Shown here: one piece after another, positions 13,062 to 13,323 of the stretch
Position numbering within the stretch: position 1 is the first letter of the stretch
How the letters are laid out: each line of letters begins with the position of its first letter
IMG/VR virus record: IMGVR_UViG_3300030381_000139
Coordinates: 1 to 13,323 of that record
Source: a virus
Length of the DNA: 13,323 nt
Strand: one strand, 5' to 3'
The notes under the pieces: model-generated
What the model was told of the DNA's origin: nothing
Databases searched by the model: none
Seen by the model: only the letters and a program-made list of their open reading frames with translations
Made by a program: the position numbers and the translations under genes

Positions 13062-13090
13062 AGTATACCACACTACACCGCATATGTCAA
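13062..13090 (-). promoter_or_regulatory. Right-ITR sigma-A type promoter with extended -10, the likely driver of the minus-strand gene string
   Basis: On the minus strand: TTGACA (13090-13085), a 17-nt spacer, TGgTATACT (-10 at 13067-13062). The core elements are identical to the left-ITR promoter. Confidence 0.7.
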
Positions 13091-13196
13091 TGAATAATTT
13101 GTAAACATTATATTTTTCTTTTATGTATTTGTTAATTCTATTTAACTAAATATTTTTCCTTTTTATTGCGTAAGGGTATTATTTTTTATTTGCACT

Positions 13197-13285
13197 CGCT
13201 TCACCGCTTTACCACTTTACTACATTAAAGCGTTGCTGTCTTGCTTTATCGCTTTAGCACTTTAGCACTTTACTACGCTAAAGTG
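13197..13285 (-). repeat. Mirror-image 8-bp periodic CTAAAGTG-type repeat clusters in the right terminus
   Basis: cactttag 13258-13265, cactttac 13266-13273 and ctaaagtg 13278-13285, plus diverged inner copies (ttcaccgc, tttaccac, tttactac). Confidence 0.75.
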
Positions 13286-13323
13286 GAAAATCACCTTGCT
13301 TGCTATCGAGGACGGGGTACTTT

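Larger units (their letters stand above)
12986..13323. repeat. Right inverted terminal repeat. It is 338 nt, shorter than the left copy because it lacks the 25-bp repeat array.
   Basis: By-eye reverse-complement alignment to 1-406. It carries the same TTGACA-17-TGgTATACT promoter, the same gttaagg/ccttaac hairpin and the palindrome at its inner boundary. Confidence 0.9.

Noticed and set aside
1-13323. Lysogeny, integration or transposition functions, tRNAs or rRNAs.
   Set aside because: No ORF shows integrase, recombinase, transposase or repressor-antirepressor signatures. No cloverleaf-like or rRNA-like sequence was seen. The terminal repeats are explained by protein-primed replication, not by a transposon.

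Overview
The window looks like a complete linear genome (13,323 bp) of a small phi29-like, protein-primed podophage from a low-GC Gram-positive host. Both ends are inverted terminal repeats (ITRs) that begin with AAAGTA; as I recall it, this is the phi29 terminal hexamer. The outer 90 nt of the two ITRs match at 89 of 90 positions. Looser homology runs about 340-406 nt inward and covers a strong sigma-A promoter, a leader hairpin and a palindromic element at each end.

Fifteen of the 17 genes lie on the minus strand, downstream of the right-ITR promoter. In order they are: an HTH-like acidic protein, a C2H2-like zinc-finger protein, two holin-like proteins, a CHAP/PG-binding endolysin, a 170-nt non-coding gap, a p5-like SSB, the gp10-like portal, a lower-collar candidate, a 95-aa protein, the gp8-like major capsid protein, a 166-aa protein, a gp9-like tail knob, a 183-aa terminal-protein candidate, a family-B protein-primed DNA polymerase and a gp16-like packaging ATPase. 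Two small plus-strand genes follow the left-ITR promoter and converge on a bidirectional terminator at 842-880.

The most striking unexplained signal is an 18-bp perfect palindrome, AGTTGCAACGTTGCAACT, which is two tandem copies of the 8-bp palindrome GTTGCAAC. It occurs 10 times: 4 perfect copies, 5 copies with 1-3 mismatches and 1 degenerate copy. Six copies sit 15-21 nt upstream of start codons and three are embedded in coding sequence. Other notable features:
- a left-end-only array of three 25-bp repeats
- 8-bp periodic CTAAAGTG arrays at both termini
- a nested-stem non-coding gap
- an 11-bp hairpin enclosing a stop codon
- strong GC heterogeneity between modules

All protein calls come from motifs read by eye and from remembered phi29 sequences. 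No searches were run.
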